Shown here in pieces: positions 1 to 11,300 of a stretch of 32,000 bases of DNA. A program made the position numbers and the translations under genes. This stretch comes from Phycisphaera mikurensis NBRC 102666 (GTDB taxonomy: Bacteria > Planctomycetota > Phycisphaerae > Phycisphaerales > Phycisphaeraceae): NCBI RefSeq assembly GCF_000284115.1, contig NC_017080.1:420001-452000 (forward strand), in the 5' to 3' direction. The notes beneath the pieces were generated by a model. That model was given only the letters and a program-made list of their open reading frames with translations, searched no databases and was not told the origin of the DNA. Within the stretch, counting starts at the first letter, position 1, and every line of letters begins with the position of its first letter.

Positions 1-2
1 TC

Positions 3-254
3 ACGCGGCTGCACGAGGGCCCCGAGCCGCCCGCCGTCGTGCTCATCACCCACCACGTCGAGGAGCTGCCGCCGCACACGCACGCGGCGTGGCTGCTGGA
101 GAGCGGCCGGCTCAGCGGGGCCGGGCCGCCGGCGGCGGTCCTCACGGGCGAGAACCTCACGCGGGCGTTCGGGCTCCGCGTCCGCGTGAGGCACGCGGGC
201 GGCGGGTTCTCGCTCCAAGCCGGGGCGGCGGACACCGGGCCGGGCTCGCGTTGA
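3..254 (+). CDS. C-terminal fragment of an ABC transporter ATP-binding protein (5' end outside window)
   Basis: Frame open from the window edge; TRLHEGPEPPAVVLITHHVEELPPHTHAAWLLESGRL resembles the ABC ATPase switch region (LITHHxEE), then a stop at 252-254. Confidence 0.75.
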   Translation, partial: TRLHEGPEPPAVVLITHHVEELPPHTHAAWLLESGRLSGAGPPAAVLTGENLTRAFGLRVRVRHAGGGFSLQAGAADTGPGSR

Positions 255-282
255 CGCCGCTTGCAGGCGCCCCGGAGCTCCC

Positions 283-288
283 TACACT
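283..288 (+). promoter_or_regulatory. Candidate sigma70-type promoter for rpmI-rplT: TTGCAG (261-266) - 16 nt - TACACT (283-288)
   Basis: Direct reading of 'ttgcaggcgccccggagctccctacact'; AT-containing hexamers with 16-nt spacing in a very GC-rich background. Confidence 0.4.
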
Positions 289-391
289 GCCCGCCGCGCC
301 GGACGCCGGCGGGTGACGCTGTCGCGCCGCCCGAACCATCACGCCGGCATCGCTCCCGTTCCTCCGCGTCCGAAGCGGACGCCCCCCCGCC

Positions 392-670
392 ATGGCACGA
401 CTCCGCACCAAGAGCAAGAACACCTCCAAGCCCAAGCCCACCAAGGGCGTGTTGAAGCGGGGGCGGATCACCGCGAGCGGGAAGCTGCGTTTCTCGCGCC
501 AGGGCAAGCAGAAGCTCAACGGCCACGAGCGGGGCGAGACGCTGCAAGACCGGCGGGGCTACGTCCTGGTGGGCTCGCACTCCGCGAAGATGGTCAGCCG
601 GCAGCTGAAGCGCAAGATCGTGCCCGCCAACACGGGCCAGCCCGGCGGCGACGGCAAGACGACCCGCTGA
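392..670 (+). CDS. rpmI: 50S ribosomal protein L35 (bL35), divergent
   Basis: MARLRTKSKNTSKPKPTKGVLKRGRITASGKLRFSRQGKQKLNG...; bL35-like basic motif order and position directly before rplT. Confidence 0.75.
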   Translation: MARLRTKSKNTSKPKPTKGVLKRGRITASGKLRFSRQGKQKLNGHERGETLQDRRGYVLVGSHSAKMVSRQLKRKIVPANTGQPGGDGKTTR

Positions 671-719
671 AGCGGCGGCGACGCCGCCCATCCGACTTTT
701 CACCGACCGCGTTGCGGGT

Positions 720-737
720 GAGCCTCGCCGGAGGCTC
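720..737 (+). promoter_or_regulatory. Small hairpin GAGCCTC-gccg-GAGGCTC in the rpmI-rplT spacer
   Basis: Perfect 7-bp inverted repeat with 4-nt loop. Confidence 0.3.
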
Positions 738-793
738 GCAAGCGGGGCTCGTGGCCCCCTCCGACTCCGCGTCCAACCCCCAAGGAGCACGGC

Positions 794-1165
794 ATGCCTC
801 GTGCAAGCAAGGGCGCCGCACGGCGTCAGTCCAAGAACCGCTGGTTCGCCAAGGCCAAGGGCAACCGCGGCTTCCGCCGCAAGAACTGGCGGACGGTCAA
901 GCAGACCGTCATCCGGTCCGGCGTCTACGCCTACCGCGACCGCCGGCTGGTCAAACGAGACTACCGCCGCCTCTGGATCGTCCGCGTCAACGCGGCGGCC
1001 CGCGCCCACGGCGTGAGCTACTCGCGGTTCATGCACGGCCTCAAGCTCGCCGGCGTCACGCTCAACCGCAAGATGCTCTCCGAGCTGGCCATCCATGACG
1101 AGGCCGCTTTCGAGGCGATCCTCAAGAAGGCCACCGACGCCCTGGACACCGCCAAAGCCGCCTGA
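794..1165 (+). CDS. rplT: 50S ribosomal protein L20 (bL20)
   Basis: MPRASKGAARRQSKNRWFAKAKGNRGFRRKNWRTVKQTVIRSGVYAYRDRRLVKRDYRRLWIVRVNAAARAHGVSYSRFMHGLKLAGVTLNRKMLSELA: canonical bL20. Confidence 0.97.
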   Translation: MPRASKGAARRQSKNRWFAKAKGNRGFRRKNWRTVKQTVIRSGVYAYRDRRLVKRDYRRLWIVRVNAAARAHGVSYSRFMHGLKLAGVTLNRKMLSELAIHDEAAFEAILKKATDALDTAKAA

Positions 1166-1167
1166 AT

Positions 1168-1213
1168 CCGCGGACCGCGGCCTCCGGAGCCGGCAAACGA
1201 CGACGGTCCGCGG
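1168..1213 (+). repeat. 46-bp interrupted palindrome, copy 1: CCGCGGACCG-N26-CGGTCCGCGG (arms extend to 12 bp, 1166-1215)
   Basis: Direct reading; perfect arms; immediately downstream of rplT stop. Confidence 0.85.
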
Positions 1214-1504
1214 ATCCCGCGGCCGCGTTCTGCTGCGCCCCGGGACTGCCGGATGGGCAGCGCGGCAGGGGGTTCGTGTGCTCGACGGCAACCGGGTGCG
1301 AGCGGTCGCTGCGTTCTGCCGCGAAGGGGGAAGGCGCGGAGGCCGCGAAGGAGCAGAAGGCAGAAGCGCTCCTGAAGGCACGCGACACCGGGTTCGATCC
1401 GCTTTGCGCTCGGGCACGGCGTCGGCTCGATCTCGCCTTCGCGACCTTCGCGCCTGCTCCTCGTCCGCGGTCGGCGGAGCGCTGCTCGTGGATGCCCGGC
1501 CCTC

Positions 1505-1520
1505 TGGCACCCCTGTTGCA
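1505..1520 (+). promoter_or_regulatory. Candidate sigma-54 (RpoN) -24/-12 promoter upstream of clpC: TGGCAC-N5-TTGCA
   Basis: 'ctctggcacccctgttgcagtgct' has GG (1506-1507) and GC (1518-1519) with canonical spacing, about 115 bp before the clpC ATG. Confidence 0.5.
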
Positions 1521-1634
1521 GTGCTTGAAGCCACGCCCAGAGTCCGGAAGACCCGACGCGTAGCCTCTCTACGGCCCCGGTCCCCCGGCGGTCGATCCAA
1601 TACGACGAGCCCCCCTCCCGAAGAGGAACCCACC

Positions 1635-4268
<2,634 letters not shown>

Positions 4269-4280
4269 TCGCCACGACCC

Positions 4281-4303
4281 GCCGCCGCACCGGGTGCGGC
4301 GGC
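4281..4303 (+). terminator. Upstream hairpin of a double terminator after clpC (GCCGCCGCAC-cgg-GTGCGGCGGC)
   Basis: Perfect 10-bp stem, 3-nt loop, 13 nt after the clpC stop. Confidence 0.5.
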
Positions 4304-4320
4304 GGCCCGGAAGCACCGCA

Positions 4321-4343
4321 AGCCCGCCCGCCGGCGGGCTTTT
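4321..4343 (+). terminator. Intrinsic terminator after clpC (AGCCCGCC-cgcc-GGCGGGCT followed by TTT)
   Basis: Perfect 8-bp GC-rich stem, 4-nt loop, short U-tract (ggcgggctttt). Confidence 0.75.
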
Positions 4344-4408
4344 GGTTGCGCCCGTCTTCCGGGGCCCGACCGCTTACAGCGGGGGGGAGCAAAGGCCGAT
4401 AGGCGGGC

Positions 4409-5974
4409 ATGGAGCAGGCTTCGGGCGAGAATGCAGACGCGGGGGCGGCGCTTCTGGAGCGGCTGTTGGGCTCGCCGCGGATGCCCTCGCTGCCCGCCGT
4501 GGCCGCGGAGGTGCTGGACCTGGTGGAGGAGGAGGAGGTCGACCTGGCCCGGGTGGCCGAGACGATCACCAAGGACCCCGCCCTGGCCACCCGCGTGCTG
4601 CGCACGGTGAACTCGAGCTTCTACGGGCAGGCGTATGCGGTGGGCACCGTCAACCACGCACTGGTCGTGCTGGGCCTCCGGGCCGTCAAGACCCTGACGC
4701 TGGGCTTCTCGCTGGTGGGCGTCTTCAACGAGGGTTCGCAGAGCTCGGAAGCCTTCGACGTCCCGGGCTACTGGCGTCGCAGCCTGCTGTCGGCGGTGGC
4801 GGCGAAGCAGCTCGCGGAGGCGGCGCGACTGGAGAGCACCGAGGAGTGCTTCCTCGGCGGCTTGCTGCGCGACGTCGGCGTCCTGTGCCTGCAGCAGTCG
4901 CTGGGGGCGGAGTACGAGGAGGTGCTGGCGGAGGGGGCACCGCCGGCCGGCCCCTGGGGCGAGCCCCTGGCGCGGGCCGAGGCCGGCGCCCTGGGGGCCG
5001 ACCACGCGACGCTCGCGGCCGACCTGTGCAAGCGCTGGCGGCTCCCGGTGCTGCTCACCGCGCTCATCCGTCACCACCACCGGCCCCAGGAAGCGCCCGA
5101 GGACCACCGCCTCGCCTGCGCCTGCGTGCACGCCGGCGGCCTCGCGTCCAGCGTGTTCATGGCCGCCGACGCGGAGGGCACCGACGGCGACGCGACCGCA
5201 GCGGGCACGGCGCTGGCCCGCTTCCGCGAAGCCGTCGACGGCCTCGCAGACCAGGCCGGCTTCCCCATGGACGCCGAGGCCATCATCGACGGCGTCCACA
5301 ACCGGACCGCGGAGATGCGACGCCTCTTCGACCTGCCCGCCACCGAAGCGATCGACGGGGCGGACCTGCTCCGCCGGGCCCGCGCCGCCCAGGAGGCGGT
5401 GGCGCTCGCGAGCGCCCGCCAGGCGGACCTGCTCGAGCGGGAGAGCCAGCAGCTGCGGGAGGACGCGGAGGTCGACGCGCTGACCGGGCTGCCGAATCGG
5501 CGGCGGTTCGACCGCGAGCTGGCGGGCTACTGCAGCCACAGCGACGGGAGCTTCGCGCTGGTGATGCTCGACATCGACCACTTCAAGTCGGTGAACGACA
5601 CGCACGGCCACGACGCGGGCGACGCCATCCTCTCCGCGGTGGCCTCCATCACCGAGGCCGCCGTCGCGAGCGAGCCGGCGAGCGAGGGCGGGCCGATCGT
5701 GTGCCGGCTCGGCGGCGAGGAGTTCGCGCTGCTGGTCCCCGGCGTCGACCTGCTCGCCGCCGCCCGCCTCGCCGACCGGGTGCGGCGGGCCGTCGAGGCC
5801 GCGGTCACCCCGCTGCCCGCCGGCGGCGACCTGGGGGTCACGCTGTCGGCGGGCGTGTGCGCGGGCAGGAGCGGGGCGATGCCGCGGGAGCTGTACAAGC
5901 TCGCGGACCGCGCCCTCTACGCCGCGAAGGACGGCGGGCGGAACACGATCCGCGCCTTCCGCGAGGCGGCCTGA
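4409..5974 (+). CDS. HDOD domain - GGDEF domain protein (putative diguanylate cyclase)
   Basis: N-terminal SLPAVAAEVLDLVEEEEVDLARVAETITKDPALATRVLRTVNSSFYG (HDOD); C-terminal DALTGLPNRRRFDREL...MLDIDHFKSVNDTHGHDAGD...RLGGEEF (GGDEF). Confidence 0.9.
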   Translation: MEQASGENADAGAALLERLLGSPRMPSLPAVAAEVLDLVEEEEVDLARVAETITKDPALATRVLRTVNSSFYGQAYAVGTVNHALVVLGLRAVKTLTLGFSLVGVFNEGSQSSEAFDVPGYWRRSLLSAVAAKQLAEAARLESTEECFLGGLLRDVGVLCLQQSLGAEYEEVLAEGAPPAGPWGEPLARAEAGALGADHATLAADLCKRWRLPVLLTALIRHHHRPQEAPEDHRLACACVHAGGLASSVFMAADAEGTDGDATAAGTALARFREAVDGLADQAGFPMDAEAIIDGVHNRTAEMRRLFDLPATEAIDGADLLRRARAAQEAVALASARQADLLERESQQLREDAEVDALTGLPNRRRFDRELAGYCSHSDGSFALVMLDIDHFKSVNDTHGHDAGDAILSAVASITEAAVASEPASEGGPIVCRLGGEEFALLVPGVDLLAAARLADRVRRAVEAAVTPLPAGGDLGVTLSAGVCAGRSGAMPRELYKLADRALYAAKDGGRNTIRAFREAA

Positions 5975-6080
5975 CCGCGGCGCTCCCGATCGCGGCGGGG
6001 TGCCCCTCGGTCCGCTCCTCCGCAAGCGACACCCGGCGGCCGCGTCGGGCGGCGTCGCGGCGGAGCGCCAGGAACCGTCG

Positions 6081-7163
6081 CTACGCGATCAGCAGCTCCG
6101 CGATCTGGACGGCGTTCAACGCCGCCCCCTTGCGGATCTGGTCCCCGCAGAGGAACAGGTCCAGGCCGCGGCCCGCGGGCCGCGAGAGGTCGCGGCGGAT
6201 GCGGCCGACCTGCACCGGGTCGGTCCCGCTGGCGTCCAGCGGCGTGGGGAAGGTCTCGGTCGCGCGGTCGTCGACCACGACGACGCCGGGCGCGGCGGCC
6301 AGCAGCTCCCGGGCTTCGTCCTCGTGCAGGTCGCGCGTGAAGGCGAGGTTGAGCGACTCCGCGTGGGCCCGCATCACCGGGACGCGGATGCAGGTGGCGG
6401 TGATCCCGGTGCGGGCGGCTTCGGGCAGCGCGTCCTGCCGCCAGATCTTGTGGGTCTCGTGGACCATCTTCAGCTCTTCCTGGTTGTAGCCGTTGGGCTG
6501 CAGCGGGGAGTTGTGGCTGAAGAGGTTGAAGGCGTAGGTGCGGCCGAAGACCGCCTTGCTCCTGACCTCGCGGCCGCCGGCTTCGTCCAGCGACTCGCGC
6601 GTCTGCTGCTCGAGCTCGCTCATCGCCGCCGCGCCGCCGCCGGAGGCGGCCTGGTATGTGCTCGCGACGATCCGCTCCACGCCCGCCGCGGCGTGCAGCG
6701 GGTGGACGACCACGAGCATCAGGATCGTCGAGCAGTTGGGGTTGGCGACGATGCCGGAGCGGCCGCCGGCACCCAGGCCGATGCCGGCCTGCGCGATGGC
6801 GTCGGGGTTCACCTCGGGGACGACCAGCGGGACGCCCTCGGCCATGCGGAAGGCCGAGGAGTTGTCGATCACGGTGCAGCCGGCGTCGACGGCGAGCGGC
6901 GCGAACGCCTTGGAGACGCCGCCGCCGGCGGAGAACAGCGCCAGGTCCACCCCCTCGAAGGAGTCTTCCTTCAGCTCCTCGATGGTGTGGGTCTTCCCGC
7001 CGTACGCGACCTCGCGCCCCGCGGACCGGGCGGAGGCGAGCAGCTTGAGCCTCCCGATCGGGAAGTTCCGCTCGGCGAGCACGGCGAGGAACTCCTGGCC
7101 GACGGCGCCGGTGACGCCGGCGATGGCGACGGAGGGGGATTCGAGGGCGTGGGTTCGGGCCAT
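6081..7163 (-). CDS. asd: Aspartate-semialdehyde dehydrogenase
   Basis: VAIAGVTGAVGQEFLAVLAERNFPIGRLKLLASARSAG; active-site SGIVANPNCSTI; start set at internal ATG (7163), as the upstream extension is non-conserved in character. Confidence 0.93.
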   Translation of the reverse strand: MARTHALESPSVAIAGVTGAVGQEFLAVLAERNFPIGRLKLLASARSAGREVAYGGKTHTIEELKEDSFEGVDLALFSAGGGVSKAFAPLAVDAGCTVIDNSSAFRMAEGVPLVVPEVNPDAIAQAGIGLGAGGRSGIVANPNCSTILMLVVVHPLHAAAGVERIVASTYQAASGGGAAAMSELEQQTRESLDEAGGREVRSKAVFGRTYAFNLFSHNSPLQPNGYNQEELKMVHETHKIWRQDALPEAARTGITATCIRVPVMRAHAESLNLAFTRDLHEDEARELLAAAPGVVVVDDRATETFPTPLDASGTDPVQVGRIRRDLSRPAGRGLDLFLCGDQIRKGAALNAVQIAELLIA

Positions 7164-7269
7164 GGGGCGGAGAGGGTACGGAGGCCCCGGCCCGGCGCGG
7201 GCGCCTCGCCGCTCGACAGCGAGGCGTCCGGCAAGCGGCGAGCGGCCGGGGGGCGGGATCCCGACGCCG

Positions 7270-7315
7270 CCGCGGACCGTCGGCTCCGGGCCTGCGTCAA
7301 GCCGACGGTCCGCGG
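7270..7315 (+). repeat. 46-bp interrupted palindrome, copy 2 (arm extends inward to 14 bp: CCGCGGACCGTCGG / CCGACGGTCCGCGG)
   Basis: Direct reading; between the PfkB kinase and asd. Confidence 0.85.
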
Positions 7316-7338
7316 GAGCTGGCACCCGCGCAGGCCCT

Positions 7339-8313
7339 TCAGGCCCGGACGAGGCGGAGGATCCGCTCGGGCAAATCGGGCGTCGCCCCCGCCCGGCCCG
7401 CCACGAACGCGCCCATCGCGTTGGCGACCGTCAGGGCGTGCTCCATCGGGTGGCCGGTCACCAGCGCGGAGAGCAAGCCGGCGCTGCAGGCGTCGCCCGC
7501 ACCCACGGAGTCGGCGTCGCCGTCGGGATCGAAGACGCCCGGCTCGCCGCGCAGCTCGGCCTCGGCGGTCAGCGCCACCGTGCCCTCGCTCCCGAGCGTG
7601 AGGACGACGGCGTCGAGCCCGAAGCGCTCCCGCAGGCCGGCGGCGTCGGCGACGCCGGTCAGCGAGCAGACGGTGCCGAGCTCCTCGTCGTTGAGCTTCA
7701 CCAGGCTGGCCAGGGTGCAGCCCGCACGCAGCACCTCGGCGTCGTAGAAGCTCCGGCCGTCGGAGGCGCGGAGGTTCACGTCGAAGAGCCGGACCGCGCC
7801 GCCGCCCACGCCGCCGACGCGGTCGACGAAGCGGCGGAGGGTCGCGGCGGACACGGGGTTGCGTTGGGCCAGCGAGCCGAAGGCGACGGCGGAGCACGAG
7901 CCGGCGAGCGCGTCCAGCGCCGGCGTCGCCGCGAGGAAGTCCCAGGCCGACTCCTGCGCCACGTGGAAGGCGTGCCCGCCCTCGCCGTCGAGCTCGACGT
8001 CCACCCGCCCGGTCGGGTGGTCCGGATCGCTCTGCACGAAAGCGTCGTCGAGGCCGCGGGCATGCAGCTCGTCCCGCAGCCTCCGCCCGAGGTCGTCAAC
8101 GCCCACGCGGCTGACGACGACGCCGCGCCCGGCGGGCTCGGCCGCGCCGAGCAGCCGGTGGGCGTGGACGGCGACGTTCAGCGGCGCCCCCCCGAGGCGC
8201 GGGCCCGAGGGGAACACGTCGAACAGCGCCTCGCCGAGGCCCGCCACGACGGGCCCGTCGGCGTCGCGGGCGCGGGGCGGCAGGTCGGATCCGGCGGTGT
8301 CGGTGTCGTTCAT
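7339..8313 (-). CDS. PfkB-family carbohydrate kinase (fructokinase-like)
   Basis: VVAGLGEALFDVFPSGPRLGGAPLNVAVHAHRLLG and DADSVGAGDACSAGLLSALVTG (PfkB signatures). Confidence 0.9.
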   Translation of the reverse strand: MNDTDTAGSDLPPRARDADGPVVAGLGEALFDVFPSGPRLGGAPLNVAVHAHRLLGAAEPAGRGVVVSRVGVDDLGRRLRDELHARGLDDAFVQSDPDHPTGRVDVELDGEGGHAFHVAQESAWDFLAATPALDALAGSCSAVAFGSLAQRNPVSAATLRRFVDRVGGVGGGAVRLFDVNLRASDGRSFYDAEVLRAGCTLASLVKLNDEELGTVCSLTGVADAAGLRERFGLDAVVLTLGSEGTVALTAEAELRGEPGVFDPDGDADSVGAGDACSAGLLSALVTGHPMEHALTVANAMGAFVAGRAGATPDLPERILRLVRA

Positions 8314-8394
8314 GGTGGTCTCTCGGCGGGCGCCCGGAAGCTACGCGGGTGCGGGTCCACCGGGGCCGGGCGGGGTGTCTCCTAGGCTGGGCCG

Positions 8395-11300
8395 ATGCGG
8401 ATCCGCGACGCGAGCGTGCTCCGGGCGGGTTCGGTTTTGGCGGTGATCCCGGCGGTGCTGGCCGCCGCGCCCGCCGCGGCGGACGCCGTCCCGCTGGGGT
8501 CCGCGGTGTACGTGGAGGACTCGCCGACGGCGGTGCAGCAGCTGCTGCGGGCCGAGGAGCTGGCGGCGGCGGGGCGGCTGCAAGACGCCGCCGCGGCGCT
8601 CGATCGCGCGGTCGAGAACCACGGCGGCGACCTCGTTCCGGCGGGCGGCGATCCCGCGGAATTTGGCGACGCGAGCCGCCGCTTCGTGGAGGTCCGCAGC
8701 CGGGTCGCGGAGCGGCTCGCGGCCGATCCGCCCCTCGCCGCGGCGTACCGCGTGGCCTTCGGCGACGAGGCGCAGCGGCTGGCGGACCGGGCGGGCCGGC
8801 CGGCGGACCCCGCGGATCGCCGCACGGCCCTGGGCGAGGTCGCCCTCCGCTACGGCGCGACCGCCGCGGGGCGGACCGCCGCCCTCGACGCGGCGGGGTA
8901 CGCGCTCGAGGCGGCGGATCCCGCGGACGCCCGGCGCTGGCTGGCGGTCGCGGGGTCGGTCGCCGGCGAAGAGGCGGGCGATGCCGGACGCGGTGCGGAG
9001 CTGCACGCGGCGGCCGACGCGGTGGAGGCGGCCGCCCGTGCCGCGGCGGCCGCGGCGGCCGCGGCCGGCTCGGACGCCGCGTCCGCCCCCCTCGCGGCGG
9101 GCGGAGCGGAGCCCGGCCTCGGCGCGGCCTGGACCTTCTGGTTCGGCCCGCTGGGGGTGGAGCCCGGCGTCGACCAGAGCCGGAGGCTGGGCAGCGGCCG
9201 GCGTGCCGCGTCCCCGCCCCTCGTCGCGGCGCGGGGCTCCGCCGTGTTTCTCAACACCGGTGCGCTGCTGCTGCGGCTGGACCGTGACGCGGGCCGGCCG
9301 GTCTGGTCGGTGGATCCGCGGGGCGTGCCCGTGCCGCCGGTCGCGGGTGCCGCGGAGGGCGGGCGGGGCGTCCTGCTGCGGGGTGACGCCGCCATCGCGG
9401 TGCTCGGCGAGAGCCCCGACCCGCGGCAGCGACGCTTCGGCCTCGTCGAACCCGGCCGCGAGCCGACGCGGCTGGTGGCGGTGGACGCCCGGACCGGCGC
9501 GGCCCGGTGGTCGGTGACCCCCGAGGCGCTCGACCCGAGCCTCGCCCGCGCCGCCCTGGCGGGCACACCGATCGGGGACCCGGCCGACGCCGCCGGCCAG
9601 CCGCTGGTCGTGCTGCTGCGGCGGGCGGGCCGCGCCGGCTTCGTCGACACGCGGGTGGCGGGCGTCGACCCGGCGACGGGCGCGCTGCGGTGGACGCGGC
9701 CGCTCTCGAGCGTGTCCAGCGACGCCCGCTTCGGGAATCCCGATGAGCCCGCGCCCGTCGGTGTGGCCGCGGGCGGGCGGGTGTACGTGGACGCGGGGCT
9801 CGGCGTCACCGCCGCCCTGGACCCGCGGACCGGCCGCATCGCCTGGCTGCGGGTCGATGAGCCGGACCCGGGGGCTGCGGGCCGCGGCACGCGTTCCCGC
9901 GCCCCGGTGGCGGGCCCGTTTGCGCCGATCCTCACCGGCGCCGGGCTGATCGTCGGTCTGCCCGACGGCGGCCACGCGCTGCTGGATCCCGGCAGCGGCC
10001 GGCGGCTGGCGATGCCCGGCCCGCTCGGCGTCTCGCACGACCGGGCGGAGCTGCAGGCGGTCCGCGACTGCGGCCGCCTCGTCGGGCTCGTCGCGACGGC
10101 GGGCGGCGAGGCCGTCGCGCTCGACCCCGACACGCTGGCCGAGCGCTGGCGGGTGCCCGCGGGCGAGGCCCTCCCGCGGCCGGACGGGGAAGCCCGGCCG
10201 GCCGGGCCGGAGGTGGTCCTGGTGGCGGGGCGGGACGCCTTCCGTCGCCGGCTCTCCGACGGCGCCTTGCTCGCACGCGAGCCCGGAGGCGCCGGATTCG
10301 CCCGGGTCCGGCTGCCCGGCGGCGGCTGGATCCAAGCCTCGCCCGCGGCCGTCCGCCTGCACGACCGGCCCGGCGCCGCGGCCGAGCGGCTGGCCGCACG
10401 CGTGGCCGCCTCGCCCGAAGATCCCTCCGCCGGCCTCGCCCTCGCGTGGCTCGGCCTCGAGCGCGCCGACCCGGCGTGGCTGCTGGCGGGCACCGACGCC
10501 GCGCTCGACGCCGCGGCCGCCGCGGGCGGCCAGGAGGCCGGCCCGGTCGCGGCGGAGCTGCTCGAGCGGGTGGCCACGGCGGGAGCGGACCGCGCCTTCG
10601 ACGGCGTCCGGCGGGAGGTGCTCTCCCGCATCGCGGCCTCCGGCGCGGCCGATCCGATCGCGCTCGCGATGGTCTCCTCCGAGGCGGCACGCTCCGAGGG
10701 TCGTCTCGCCGACGCCGTCGCGCTGCTGCAGGAGGTCATCGACGACCCGGGCCTGGCGGACCGGCTGTTCGTGCTGCGGGGGACGACCCGCCGGGCCGGT
10801 CTGGAGGCGCGGGAGCGGCTGGCGGGGCTCCTCGCCGAGGGCCGCGAGCGGGGGATCGACCTCTACGCGACCCAGCGGGACCGGGCCGACGCCGCGTTCG
10901 TCGCGGCACGCGAGGCGGACGATGCGGCGGCGCTGTCCGAGGTCGCGCGACGCTTCCCCTTCTCGGCGGCGGCCGCCGGCGCCCTGGCCGCCGCCGCCGA
11001 GAAGGCCGGCGGCGCGGCCGATCCCGCGGGCGTCCGCGCGACCCGGTCGCTGTGGCGCTCCGCCTACCGCGCCGCCCTCGCCGCGAGCGAGAGCGGCGAC
11101 GCGGCCGCGGACCAGGTGGCGGCGCGGGCCGCCGCGGCGCTGGTGGCGGGAGAGGCCGCGGCGGGACGCCCCGCCGCGGCCCGCGGCTGGGCTCGCCGCT
11201 TCCGTCGGGAGCTGCCCGGCGTTGCGCTGCCGCTCCGGGGGCTGGAGACGGCGACCGCCTCGGCGGCCGACCCGGTGGAGGCCTGGATCGACGCGGCCGC

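Noticed and set aside
1388-1402. tRNA T-loop-like string 'ccgggttcgatccgc'
   Set aside because: No complementary T-stem, acceptor stem, anticodon arm or CCA end could be assembled around it.
8921-8966. Possible ninth copy of the 46-bp palindrome (CCGCGGACGC-N26-CGGTCGCCGG)
   Set aside because: Spacing is right but only 16/20 arm positions match, and it lies in a highly repetitive GC-rich coding segment; not counted.
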